A stretch of DNA of 64,000 nucleotides, from positions 52,980,823 to 53,044,822 of the forward strand of contig NC_052158.1 in NCBI RefSeq assembly GCF_902713615.1. The letters run 5' to 3'. Positions 37,601-45,800 of the stretch are shown here, piece by piece. The stretch's first letter is position 1, and every line of letters begins with the position of its first letter. The position numbers were made by a program, and so were the translations under genes. This DNA is from Scyliorhinus canicula. Lineage: Eukaryota. The notes under the pieces were generated by a model. It made no database searches, was not told the origin of the DNA, and saw only the letters and a program-made list of their open reading frames with translations.

Positions 37601-40600
37601 TTTGTCTTCTGAGGAGGTCGGTGCGGTTTTTTGCTGTGGCGCGGTGGAACTGTCGATCAATGAGTCGAGCGCCATATCCCGTTCGTACGAGGGCATCTTT
37701 CAGCATCTGTAGGTGTCTGTTGCGCTCCTCCTTGTCTGAGCAGATCCTGTGTATACGGAGGGCTTGTCCATAGGGGATGGCTTCTTTAATGTGTTTCGGG
37801 TGAAAGCTGGAGAAGTGGAGCATCGTGAGATTATCTGTGGGCTTGCGGTAAAGCGAGGTGCTGAGGTGACCGTCCTTGATGGAGACGAGTGTGTCCAAGA
37901 ATGGAACTGAATTTGGAGAATAGTCCATGGTGAGTTTGATGGTGGGATGGAACTTATTGATGTCATCGTGTAGTCGTTTCAGTGATGTCTCGCCGTGGGT
38001 CCAAAGGAAAAAAATGTCAACCGATGCTATACACCAGATACATCGATGACATTTTTTTCCTTTGGACCCACGGCGAGACATCACTGAAACGACTACACGA
38101 TGACATCAATAAGTTCCATCCCACCATCAAACTCACCATGGACTATTCTCCAAATTCAGTTCCATTCTTGGACACACTCGTCTCCATCAAGGACGGTCAC
38201 CTCAGCACCTCGCTTTACCGCAAGCCCACAGATAATCTCACGATGCTCCACTTCTCCAGCTTTCACCCGAAACACATTAAAGAAGCCATCCCCTATGGAC
38301 AAGCCCTCCGTATACACAGGATCTGCTCAGACAAGGAGGAGCGCAACAGACACCTACAGATGCTGAAAGATGCCCTCGTACGAACGGGATATGGCGCTCG
38401 ACTCATTGATCGACAGTTCCACCGCGCCACAGCAAAAAACCGCACCGACCTCCTCAGAAGACAAACACGGGACACCACTGACAGAGTACCCTTCGTCGTC
38501 CAGTACTTTCCTGGGGCGGAGAAACTACGACATCTTCTTCGCAGCCTCCAACACATCATCAGCGAGGATGGACATCTTGCCAAGGTCATCCCCACACCCC
38601 CACTACTGGCCTTCAAACAACCGCGCAACCTCAAACAAACCATTGTTTGCAGCAAATTACCCAGCCTTCAGAACAGCAACCACAACACCACAAAACCCTG
38701 CCAGGGTAATCTCTGCAAGACATGCCAGATCATCGACATGGACACCACCATTACACGTGGAAACACCACTCACCAGGTACGCGGCGCATACTCGTGCGAC
38801 TCGACCAATGTAGTCTACCTCATACGCTGCAGGAAAGGATGTCCCGAAGCGTGGTACATTGGCGAGACCATGCAGACACTGCGACAACGAATAAACGGGC
38901 ATCGTGCGACTATCAACAGGCAGGACTGTTCCCTTCCAGTTGGGGAACACTTCAGCAGTCAAGGACATTCAGCCTCTGATCTCCGGGTCAGCATTCTACA
39001 AGGAGGCCTTCAGGAGACGCGACAACGCAAAATTGCTGAGCAAAAACTTATAGCTAAGTTCCGCACGCATGAATGCGGACTCAACCGGGATCTGGGATTC
39101 ATGTCGCATTACATTCGGCCCCCACCAACAAGCCTGGACTTGCAGAGGCCTACCGACTGAACTGGCTTGGGACAATTCACACCTCTTTAACCTGGAGTTA
39201 CCTCTCTCTCTGCATCTTTGATGATTTGATTGCCTGCAGGTGCTCGCATTCCGGGGCATCTCTGACTGTGTCTATATAAACATTTCTGGAACAAGCCTTT
39301 CCATTCACCTGAAGAAGGAGCCGTGCTCCGAAAGCTCGTGTTTGAAACAAACCTGTTGGACTTTAACCTGGTGTTGTAAGACTTCTTACTGTGCTCACCC
39401 CAGTCCAACGCCGGCATCTCCACATCATGGCTATTTGTACAGTTTAAGATGTTATAGATTATTTTTGGATTGTTCGTTTGAGGATAGTTTATTGAGGATA
39501 GTTAGAGGTTCCAGTTTTTTAAATTTTGTAATGCATGCCTGAATATCATAGCGCTCCGTAGAGTTTTATAATAATGTATGTATAATGATTTTAGGTAAAA
39601 CTGTGTTTCATAGCATAGGGCAGTGTAGAGCCTGCTTATGGATGCCCCACTTGGTCAGAGAATGAAGTCGACGTGGTAATGTGATGCTTCACGCTTCGCG
39701 TGAAGATCACAAGGAGGGAGTGTAGCCATCTGGGATGGTCATGTCCCGATTACAAAATGTCAAAAGTCCAAAGTCAATGCACGCTACAAGACATACGCTC
39801 CTAGCTACTATTCCGTACCAGCTCGACCCCAGCAGCCTCAGAACCGGACAACGACCATTTTTCCTCTGACTGAGTGGGTGCCTGAAGCTAAGTATAGGCT
39901 TTAGTAGTAGTGATAGTTTAGTTGGTAGAGTTTTGCGCATGAGTATATTTGACTGTGTATGTGAATAAATGAGCATTGATTTTGAACAAACTAACTGGTA
40001 TCGAATCGTTGATCAGTATTGGGTTTTGAACCTTGTGGCGGTATCGAAAGATACCTGGCAACTCTTGAGCAAACGTAATTAGAATTAAGGAAGGCAACCA
40101 TAATTAACTGCCATAAACAGAGCCAATTAAAGAGAGAACACAACAAGCAACAGGCAGGACTTACTCCGTTAATGTTGGGGAGTTATAGACCAAAGTGATC
40201 TAGGGGTATAGGTTCATAGCTCCTTGAAGGTGGGGTCACAGGTGGACAGGGTGATGAAGGTGGTGTTCAGCATACTTGGTTTCATTGGTCAGAACATTGA
40301 ATACAGGAGTTGGGATGTCTTGTTGAAGTTGTACAGGCCACACTGGAATACTGTGTAGAGTTCTGGTCACCCCATTATAAAATGGATATTATTAAACTAG
40401 AAAAAGGGCAGAAAAGATTTACTGGGATGCTACAGGGACTTGGTGGTTTGAGTTATAAGGAGCTGGATAGACTGGGACTTTTTCCCCTGGAGCGTAGGAT
40501 GATCTTATAGAGGTCTATAAAATAATGAGGGGCATAGGTAAGAGAGATAGTCAACCCATTCCCCACAGGTGGTAGAGTCTAAAACTGGAGGACACAGGTT

Positions 40601-42810
40601 TTAAGGTGAGAGGGAAGAGATACAAAAGGGTCCAGAGGGGCAATCTTTTCACAAGAGAGAGTGTCTGGAATGAGCTGCCAGAGGCAGTAGCAGAGGCGGG
40701 TACAATTTTGTCTTTTAAAAAGTGTTTAGACAGTGACATGGGAACGCTGGGTATAGAGGGATGCGAACAATTGGGACTCGCTTAGTGGTAAAAACTGGGC
40801 AGCATGGACAAGTTGGGCCGAAAGGCCAGTTTTCATGCTGTATTATTAGTAGTTCATTAGTAGTATTAGTATTGTTTTCTACCGACATTATCGTAATTTA
40901 ATTAATCTTAACTATTCACAAAGTCGATGTTCTTTGGTCCACTGACTCAATCACTGCAACACACTCGAACACCACACACACACTCACCAGGTTTCAGTCC
41001 TCTTTCACTCTCTCTCTCTCTCTCACTCACTCACTACGTTTCAGGCCTCCCTCTCTCTCTCTGTCTCTCTCACTCACCGGGTTTCAGGCCTCTCGCTCTC
41101 TCACTCACCAGGTTTCAGGCCTCTTTCACTCTCTCTGTCTCTCTCACACACCGGGTTTCAGGCCTCTCTCTCTCACACACTCACCCACCAGGTTTCAGGC
41201 CTCTCTCTCCCTCTCTCACACTCACCGGGTTTCAGGCCTCTCTCTCTCTCTCACTCACCAGGTTTCAGGCCTCTCTCTCTCTGTGTCTCACTCACTAGGT
41301 TTCAGGCCTCTTTCGCTCTCTCTCTCTGTCTCTCTCACTCACCGGGTTTCAGGCCCCTCTCTCTCTCTCACTCACCGGGTTTCAGGCCTCTCTCTCTCTG
41401 TGTCTCACTCACTAGGTTTCAGGCCTCTTTCTCTCTCTCTCTCTCACTCACCGGGCTTCAGGCCTCTCTCACTCTCTCACTCACCGGGTTTCAGGCCTCT
41501 CACTCTCTCTCTCACTCACCGGGTTTCATGCCTCTCTCACTCTCTCTCTCACTCACCGGGTTTCAGGCCTCTCTCTCACACTCACCAGGTTTCAGGCCTC
41601 TTTCACTCTCTGTCTCTCTCACTCACCGGGTTTCAGGCCTCTCTCTCACACTCACTCACCGGGTATCAGGCCTCTCTCTCTCTCTCACACTCACTCACCG
41701 GGTATCAGGCCTCTCTCTCTCTCTCTCACTCTCCAGGTTTCAGGCCTCTTTCACTCTCTATCTCTCTCCGTCTGTCTCTCACTCACCGGGTTTCAGGCCT
41801 CTTTCGCGCTCTCTCTCTCTGTCTGTCTCATTCACCGGGTTTCAGGCCTCTCTCTCTCTCTCTCTCTGTCTCACCGGGTTTCAGGCCTCTCCCTCTCTCT
41901 CTCTCTGTCTCTCTCACTCACCGGGTTTCAGGCCTCCCTCTCTCTGTCTCTCTCACTCACCAGGTTTCAGGCCTCTTTCACTCTCTCTCTCTGTCTCTCT
42001 CACTCACCAGGTTTCAAGCCTCTCTCTCTCTCTCACTCACCGGGTTTCAGCTTCCTCTTCCCCTGCTCCAGGTATGTTTTCAGCCACTGGACACAGGTTC
42101 CCTCCAGGTAACGCTTCTTCCCTTGGTTGAAGCCAGGGTCCCGATCCCACTTGATCTTGGTGACCAGTGTCCAGGGTACTGCTGCAACCCACACCATGCT
42201 CTCGGTATCGAAGCCAATGCTGTCCCGTCCGTCCCAGCCATGCTGATGGAAGCCCCGGACACTGCTGTCCTCCCCCAGCTCACAGCCATACAGGACCTGG
42301 AGGACGTGGATTCCTGACAATCCAACACACACAGCCAGTCAGTGAGCATCCCCATCAGGGAACAACAATTGCAATTTCTCCAGCTCTATCCCTCTAAAAT
42401 GTCTTTTCTAATATTGAATGGTGATGTTCAGTTAACACTCTGCTTCCCAGGAAAGGGGACCACCCTGCACCAGCTCCCACACTCCCAGCTTTCCATAATT
42501 CCTAGCTCTGACACCCCCCGGTGAGGGGGGAGAGTAAGTGAGGACTCACCGCTGGTCTGGTTAGTCCGCTCCATGGCTGTCTTAATATTGGTTTTCTGAA
42601 CCTGCTCAGCGCTCCGCAGGATTCTTTGCTGTCGCTCCCAGTAATCGGGTCCCTCGCTCTCCTCCATCCATCGTTGCCGAGGAAGCAGCTTCTTCTCATG
42701 GCTGTCATAATAGTGAACCTCAACACCGTCAACATGGGCAACAACAAAAAACTCTGGCAGCTCGGGTACCCCGGTGATAGCAGTGTACATGACAAGCCAA
42801 GAGTGAGGAA
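880..42810 (-). CDS. MHC class I heavy chain gene (probably non-classical lineage), exons alpha1 to last cytoplasmic exon; leader exon not found in window
   Basis: Six exons (261+273+273+126+36+47 nt) with canonical AG/GT sites, all phase 1, join into one open frame: alpha1 (H3, D29, Y59, R84, N86 sequon), alpha2 (C101-C164), Ig-C1 alpha3, TM, Tyr/Ser-containing tail, TGA at 880-882. HLA-A2 numbering by manual alignment. Confidence 0.95.
968..1130 (-). mobile_element. tRNA-derived SINE (same family as 14596-14780)
   Basis: Reverse complement of GGGGCTGGTTTAGCTCA...GTTCGAT head with (TTTCA)n tail. Confidence 0.75.
1178..1385 (+). mobile_element. HE1/V-SINE-type SINE
   Basis: tRNA-like head GGTGGCACAGTGGTTAGC, central TTTGCACATTCTCCCCGTG...CCAAAGATGTGCAG domain. 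Confidence 0.8.
1415..1690 (-). mobile_element. HE1/V-SINE-type SINE
   Basis: Reverse complement of V-domain (CACATCTTTGGACTGTGGGAGGAAACCGG...GGGGAGAATGTGCAGACTCC) and tail. Confidence 0.85.
1729..1764 (-). CDS. MHC class I first cytoplasmic exon
   Basis: 36-nt phase-1 exon between gttttgtttttgtttctgtgctttgcAG and G/GTAAGT; encodes [12 protein letters not shown] with the class I tail tyrosine. Confidence 0.88.
1850..5326. repeat. C-rich (G-rich on gene sense strand) minisatellite, about 35-bp unit
   Basis: Recurring CAGTACCCTCACTGCCACCGCCCCGACTC(C)n on both sides of the N gap; starts about 85 nt upstream of the exon 1729-1764 acceptor. Confidence 0.97.
3361..3860. other. Assembly gap (500 N)
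   Basis: Run of N inside the minisatellite. Confidence 0.99.
5326..6620 (+). mobile_element. Penelope-like element, 5'-truncated and rearranged, frameshifted GIY-YIG endonuclease
   Basis: [38 protein letters not shown] motif; same family as 36675-39429; inverted 5' piece 5326-5416. Confidence 0.92.
6525..6585 (+). ncRNA. Minimal hammerhead-ribozyme-like motif in Penelope 3' repeat
   Basis: CTGAGGA(6538-6544)-A-GGAGC-TGC-GCTCC-GAAA-GCTC; palindromic AGCT stem III; CAC/GTG stem I. Non-canonical extra A; activity untested. Confidence 0.55.
6690..7320 (+). mobile_element. Decayed Gypsy-type gag-protease fragment
   Basis: [28 protein letters not shown] resembles the retropepsin DTGA motif with a stop. 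Confidence 0.6.
7413..9347 (+). mobile_element. Gypsy LTR retrotransposon 5' part: LTR 7413-7910, PBS, degenerate gag; 3'-truncated
   Basis: TG...CA LTR with AATAAA and (AT)n, followed by TGGTACCAG; gag-like [24 protein letters not shown]. Confidence 0.8.
9385..9497 (+). mobile_element. 3' tail fragment of HE1-type SINE
   Basis: GGTGCTCTTTCCAAGG...GATGGGCCAAATGGCCTCCTTCTGCACTGTAAATTCTATG matches the tail of the SINE at 22495-22845. Confidence 0.65.
9591..9781 (-). repeat. 54-bp tandem repeat made of TM-exon end plus 5' splice site
   Basis: TGTCCTCATTTCCTACC recurs at 9591, 9645, 9699, 9753; the last overlaps the real donor. Confidence 0.95.
9769..9894 (-). CDS. MHC class I connecting peptide / transmembrane exon
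   Basis: Acceptor tcttctcctcattcccccacAG, donor G/GTAGG at 9768; encodes [42 protein letters not shown] (hydrophobic helix plus basic stop-transfer). Confidence 0.93.
9975..11150 (-). mobile_element. Old Penelope-like fragments (second family) with unrelated insert at about 10130-10560
   Basis: pLTR-like GGAAAATCTCAGCAGGTCTGGCAGCATCTG and AAATTACTGCGGATGCT segments plus degenerate coding-like sequence; family recognised by eye only. Confidence 0.45.
11797..12082 (+). mobile_element. HE1/V-SINE-type SINE
   Basis: GGTAGCACAGTGATTAGCACTG head, GTTTGATTCC B box, V-domain, (TAT)n tail. Confidence 0.88.
12518..12733 (-). mobile_element. HE1/V-SINE-type SINE
   Basis: Reverse complement head (CCACTGTGCCACCGCGCTGCCC) and V-domain; A-rich tail. 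Confidence 0.85.
12826..13098 (-). CDS. MHC class I alpha3 (Ig C1-set) exon
   Basis: Acceptor ctgtttcgctctcAG, donor G/GTAAG at 12825; encodes [11 protein letters not shown]...[21 protein letters not shown]...[14 protein letters not shown]...YSCQFEQ...RDW. Confidence 0.95.
13382..14135. mobile_element. PIF/Harbinger-type MITE
   Basis: Imperfect TIRs GGGCGGAATACTTC / GGAGAATCCCGGCC; 3-bp CAG TSD (13379-13381, 14136-14138); splits a CR1 3'-tail fragment. Confidence 0.7.
14596..14780 (+). mobile_element. tRNA-derived SINE
   Basis: GGGGCTGGTTTAGCTCA A box, GGTTCGATTCC B box, (TTTTCA)n tail. Confidence 0.8.
14990..15135 (-). mobile_element. V-SINE 5' fragment
   Basis: GGGAGGAAACCGGAGG...GTGCAAACTCCACACTGACAGTGACCCAAGCC...GGGACCCTGGAGCTGTGAAGC. 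Confidence 0.75.
15178..17902 (-). mobile_element. CR1 LINE, 5'-truncated, frameshifted ORF2 (APE + RT)
   Basis: [25 protein letters not shown] (APE); [28 protein letters not shown] (RT); (TCTATGT)n-like tail. Confidence 0.96.
17903..19627 (+). mobile_element. Gypsy 3' part: degenerate RNaseH/integrase, PPT and LTR (19253-19627)
   Basis: H2C2 motif [37 protein letters not shown]; PPT AAAGGGGGATGAAA then TG...CA. Confidence 0.85.
19690..23690 (-). mobile_element. Decayed PIF/Harbinger transposon (transposase minus strand; probable second ORF remnant plus strand), interrupted by SINEs
   Basis: [13 protein letters not shown]...[38 protein letters not shown] match HARBI1/DDE_Tnp_4 motifs; ends approximate. 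Confidence 0.8.
22495..22845 (-). mobile_element. Full-length HE1-type V-SINE with LINE-like tail
   Basis: Head CAGCACGGTAGCATTGTGGATAGC, V-domain, tail CTGCACTGTAAATTCTATGA; partial copies at about 20335-20442 and 22215-22390. Confidence 0.88.
23790..27985 (+). mobile_element. CR1 LINE, near full length, disrupted (ORF1 Zn-finger/esterase, ORF2 APE-RT)
   Basis: ORF1 [11 protein letters not shown]...[17 protein letters not shown]; ORF2 YFNARSI, ITETWL, GDFN, FADD; tail TGTTATATGTTCTATG. Confidence 0.95.
27985..29803 (+). mobile_element. Gypsy pol remnant (RT, RNaseH, integrase N-part)
   Basis: [32 protein letters not shown]...[28 protein letters not shown]...CATCQ; continues at 34347. Confidence 0.88.
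29804..34346 (-). mobile_element. CR1 LINE, full length with few lesions, inserted into Gypsy integrase
   Basis: ORF1 CxxC/coiled-coil (33230-33829) and SGNH esterase (32871-33218); ORF2 APE-RT incl. 655-aa frame 30174-32141; (TCTTATGG)n tail; removing it restores Gypsy FSCQE/WKEF with AAT repeated at both junctions. Confidence 0.97.
34347..35388 (+). mobile_element. Gypsy integrase C-part, PPT and truncated 3' LTR (from 35224)
   Basis: [47 protein letters not shown]; PPT GAAGGAAAGGGGA then TGTAATG. Confidence 0.85.
35390..35706 (+). mobile_element. Old CR1 RT fragment, left part
   Basis: [31 protein letters not shown]; resumes at 40153. Confidence 0.8.
36359..36586 (+). CDS. Hypothetical 75-aa single-pass membrane peptide inside the LTR-like segment
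   Basis: Hydrophobic stretch followed by RIRKWRRR; stop 30 nt before AATAAA (36617). No expression or homology evidence. Confidence 0.25.
   Translation: MTVNNTPTWCDKFITWYSLSYVVEAPLVLAILCSVVQTLRIRKWRRRAYHSHTPVHMFMSPIFGLHQTPEPLDMN
36712..36770 (-). ncRNA. Hammerhead-like motif, left arm (sense to MHC transcript)
   Basis: Reverse complement of CTGAAGA-A-GGAGC-CGT-GCTCC-GAAA-GCTC. Confidence 0.55.
39296..39354 (+). ncRNA. Hammerhead-like motif, right arm
   Basis: CTGAAGA at 39309-39315, GGAGC/GCTCC stem II, GAAA 39330-39333, AGCT palindrome. Confidence 0.55.
40153..40845 (+). mobile_element. Old CR1 3' fragment, right part
   Basis: [21 protein letters not shown] and CR1-type 3' UTR. Confidence 0.8.
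40980..42040 (-). repeat. Minisatellite of alpha2 exon end plus donor site separated by (GA)n spacers
   Basis: About 27 copies of CTCACTCACCRGGTTTCAGG (sense CTGAAACCYG/GTGAGT) at 31-53 nt spacing, counted by eye. Confidence 0.95.
42041..42313 (-). CDS. MHC class I alpha2 exon
   Basis: Acceptor gttggattgtcAG, donor G/GTGAGT at 42040; encodes [16 protein letters not shown]...GWDGRD...VTKIKWD...[24 protein letters not shown] with C101, T143, K146, W147, Y159, C164, W167, Y171. Confidence 0.97.
42550..42810 (-). CDS. MHC class I alpha1 exon
   Basis: Acceptor ttgtttcactctgtttgcAG (AG at 42811-42812), donor G/GTGAG at 42549; encodes (V)[28 protein letters not shown]...PDYWERQQR...AMERTNQTS. Confidence 0.96.
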
Positions 42811-42837
42811 CTGCAAACAGAGTGAAACAACAGTCAA

Positions 42838-45800
42838 ACATAAACCCCAACACAGCTCCAGTAAACAAACCCCAACACATCACAACAGAGAGCCCCGGTA
42901 AATAAAACCCAACACAGCACAGAGCTCCTGTAAATAAACCCCAAACCAACACAGAGCCCCTGTAAATAAACCCCAAAACAACACAACACAGAGCCCCTGT
43001 AAATAAACCCCAACACAACACTGAGCCCCTGTAAATAAACCCCAACACAGAGCCCCTGTAAATAAACCCCAAAACAACACAACACTGAGCCCCTGTAAAT
43101 AAACCCCAACACAGAGCCCCTGTAAATAAACCCCAAAACAACACAACACAGAGCCCCTGTAAATAAACCCCAACACAACACTGAGCCCCTGTAAATAAAC
43201 CCCAACACAGAGCCCCTGTAAATAAACCCCAAAACAACACAACACAGAGCCCCTGTAAATAAACCCCAACACAACACAGAGTCCCTGTAAATAAACCCCA
43301 ACACAACACAGAGCCCCAGTAAATAAACCCCAAAACAACACAACACAGAGCCCCTGTAAATAAACCCCAACACAGAGCCCCTGTAAATAAACCCCAACAC
43401 AACACAGAGCCCCTGTAAATAAACCCCAACACAACACAGAGCCCCTGTAAATAAACCCCAACACAACACATAGCCCCTGTAAATAAACCCCAACACAACA
43501 CAGAGCCCCTGTAAATAAACCCCAACACAACACAGAGCCCCTGTAAATAAACCCCAACACAACACAGAGCCCCTGTAAATAAACCCGAACACAACACAAA
43601 CCCCTGTAAATAAACCCCAGCACAACACAGAGCCCCTGTAAATAATCCCGAACACAACACAAACCCCTGTAAATAAACCCCAACACAACACAGAGCCCCT
43701 GTAAATAAACGCCAACACAACACAGGGCCCCTGTAAATAAACGCCAACACAACACAGGGCCCCTTTAAATAAACCCCAACACAACACAGAGCCCCTGTAA
43801 ATAAACGCCAACACAACACAGGGCCCCTGTAAATAAACGCCAACACAACACAGGGCCCCTTTAAATAAACCCCAACACAACACAACACAGAGCCTCTGTA
43901 AATAAACCCCAACACAACACAACACAGAGCCCCTGTAAATAATCCCCAACACAACACAGAGCCTCTGTAAATAAACCCCAACACAACACAGAGCCTCTGT
44001 AAATAAACCCCAACACAACACAACACAGAGCCCCTGTAAATAAACCCCAACACAACACAGAGCCTCTGTAAATAAACCCCAACACAACACAGAGGCCCTG
44101 TAAATAAACCCCAACACAACACAGAGCCCCTGTAAATAAACCCCAACACAGAGCCCCTGTAAATAAACCCCAACACAACACAGAGCCCCTGTAAATAAAC
44201 CCCAACACAATACAGAGCCCCTGTAAATAAACCCCAACACAACACAGAGCCCCTGTAAATAAACCTCAACACAACACAGAGCCCCTGTAAATAAACCCCA
44301 ACACAACACAGAGCCCCTGTAAATAAACCCCAACACAACACAGAGCCCCTGTAAATAAACCCCAACACAGAGCCCCTGTAAATAAACCCCAACACAGAGC
44401 CCCTGTAAATAAACCCAACACAACACAGAGCCCCTGTAAATAAACCTCAACACAACACAGAGCCCCTGTAAATAAACCCCATCACAACACAGAGCCCCTG
44501 TAAATAAACCCCAACACAATACAGAGCCCCTGTAAATAAACCCCAACACAATACAGAGCTCCTGTAAATCAACCCCAACACAACAGAACCCTTGTAAATA
44601 AACCCCAACACAACACAGAGCCCCTGTAAATAAACCCCAAAACACAAGCCCCTGTAAATAAACCCCAACACAACACAGAGCCCCTGTAAATAAACCTCAA
44701 CACAACACAGAGCCCCTGTAAATAAACCTCAACACAACACAGAGCCCCTGTAAATAAACCCCAACACAGAGCCCCTGTAAATAAACCCCAACACAACACA
44801 GAGCCCCTGTAAATAAACCCCAACACAACACAGAGCCCCTGTAAATAAACCCCAACACAGAGCCCCTGTAAATAAACCCCAACACAACACAGAGCCCCTG
44901 TAAATAAACCTCAACACAACACAGAGCCCCTGTAAATAAACCCCAACACAACACAGAGCCCCTGTAAATAAACCTCAACACAACACAGAGCCCCTGTAAA
45001 TAAACCCCAACACAACACAGAGCCCCTGTAAATAAACCCCAACACAACACAGAGCCCCTGTAAATAAACCCCAACACAGAGCCCCTGTAAATAAACCCCA
45101 ACACAACACAGAGCCCCTGTAAATAAACCCCAACACAGAGCCCCTGTAAATAACCCCCAACACAACACAGAGCCCCTGTAAATAAACCCCAACACAACAC
45201 AGAGCCCCTGTAAATAAACCCCAACACAACACCCCTGTAAATAATCCCCAACACAGAGCCCCTGTAAATAAACCCCAACACAACACAGAGCCCCTGTAAA
45301 TAAACCCCAACACAACACAGAGCCCCTGTAAATAAACCCCAACACAACACAGAGCCCCTGTAAATAAACCCCAACACAACACAGAGCCCCTGTAAATAAA
45401 CCCCAACACAACACAGAGCCCCTGTAAATAAACCCCAACACAGAGCCCCTGTAAATAAACCCCAACACAGAGCCCCTGTAAATAAACTCCAACACAACAC
45501 AGAGCCCCTGTAAATAAACCCCAACACAACACAGAGCCCCTGTAAATAAACCCCAACACAGAGCCCCTGTAAATAAACCCCAACACAGAGCCCCTGTAAA
45601 TAAACCCCAAAACAACACAACACTGAGCCCCTGTAAATAAACCCCAACACAACACAGAGCCCCTGTAAATAAACCCCAACACAACACAGAGCCCCTGTAA
45701 ATAAACCCCAACACAACACAGAGCCCCTGTAAATAAACCCCAACACAACACAGAGCCCCTGTAAATAAACCCCAACACAACACAGAGCCCCTGTAAATAA

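Larger units (their letters stand above)
36675..39429. mobile_element. Penelope-like element inserted as a head-to-head inverted duplication
   Basis: Arms 36673-38019 and 38047-39393 (1347 bp each), 27-nt spacer; RT YIDD, thumb and GIY-YIG; 12-bp TSD GCTATTTGTACA (36663-36674, 39430-39441). Confidence 0.96.
35707..40152 (+). mobile_element. Non-autonomous LTR-type element with two diverged LTR-like segments (35707 and 39721)
   Basis: Both start TGTAGCCATCTGGGATGG; ends CAACA; 5-bp TSD GGCAG (35702-35706, 40153-40157) inside a CR1 fragment. Confidence 0.75.

Noticed and set aside
36906-39160. Two 392-aa ORFs with N-terminus [11 protein letters not shown] as independent genes
   Set aside because: The N-termini are read from the opposite arm of the palindrome; both are 5'-truncated Penelope fragments lacking most of the RT.
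40927-42317. [10 protein letters not shown]-repeat ORFs
   Set aside because: Antisense reading of the (CT)n/donor minisatellite and the alpha2 exon.
880-42810. Calling the gene classical UAA, a named non-classical lineage, class II or W-category
   Set aside because: The alpha1-alpha2-alpha3 layout excludes class II and W-type chains; lineage naming needs a phylogeny I cannot run.
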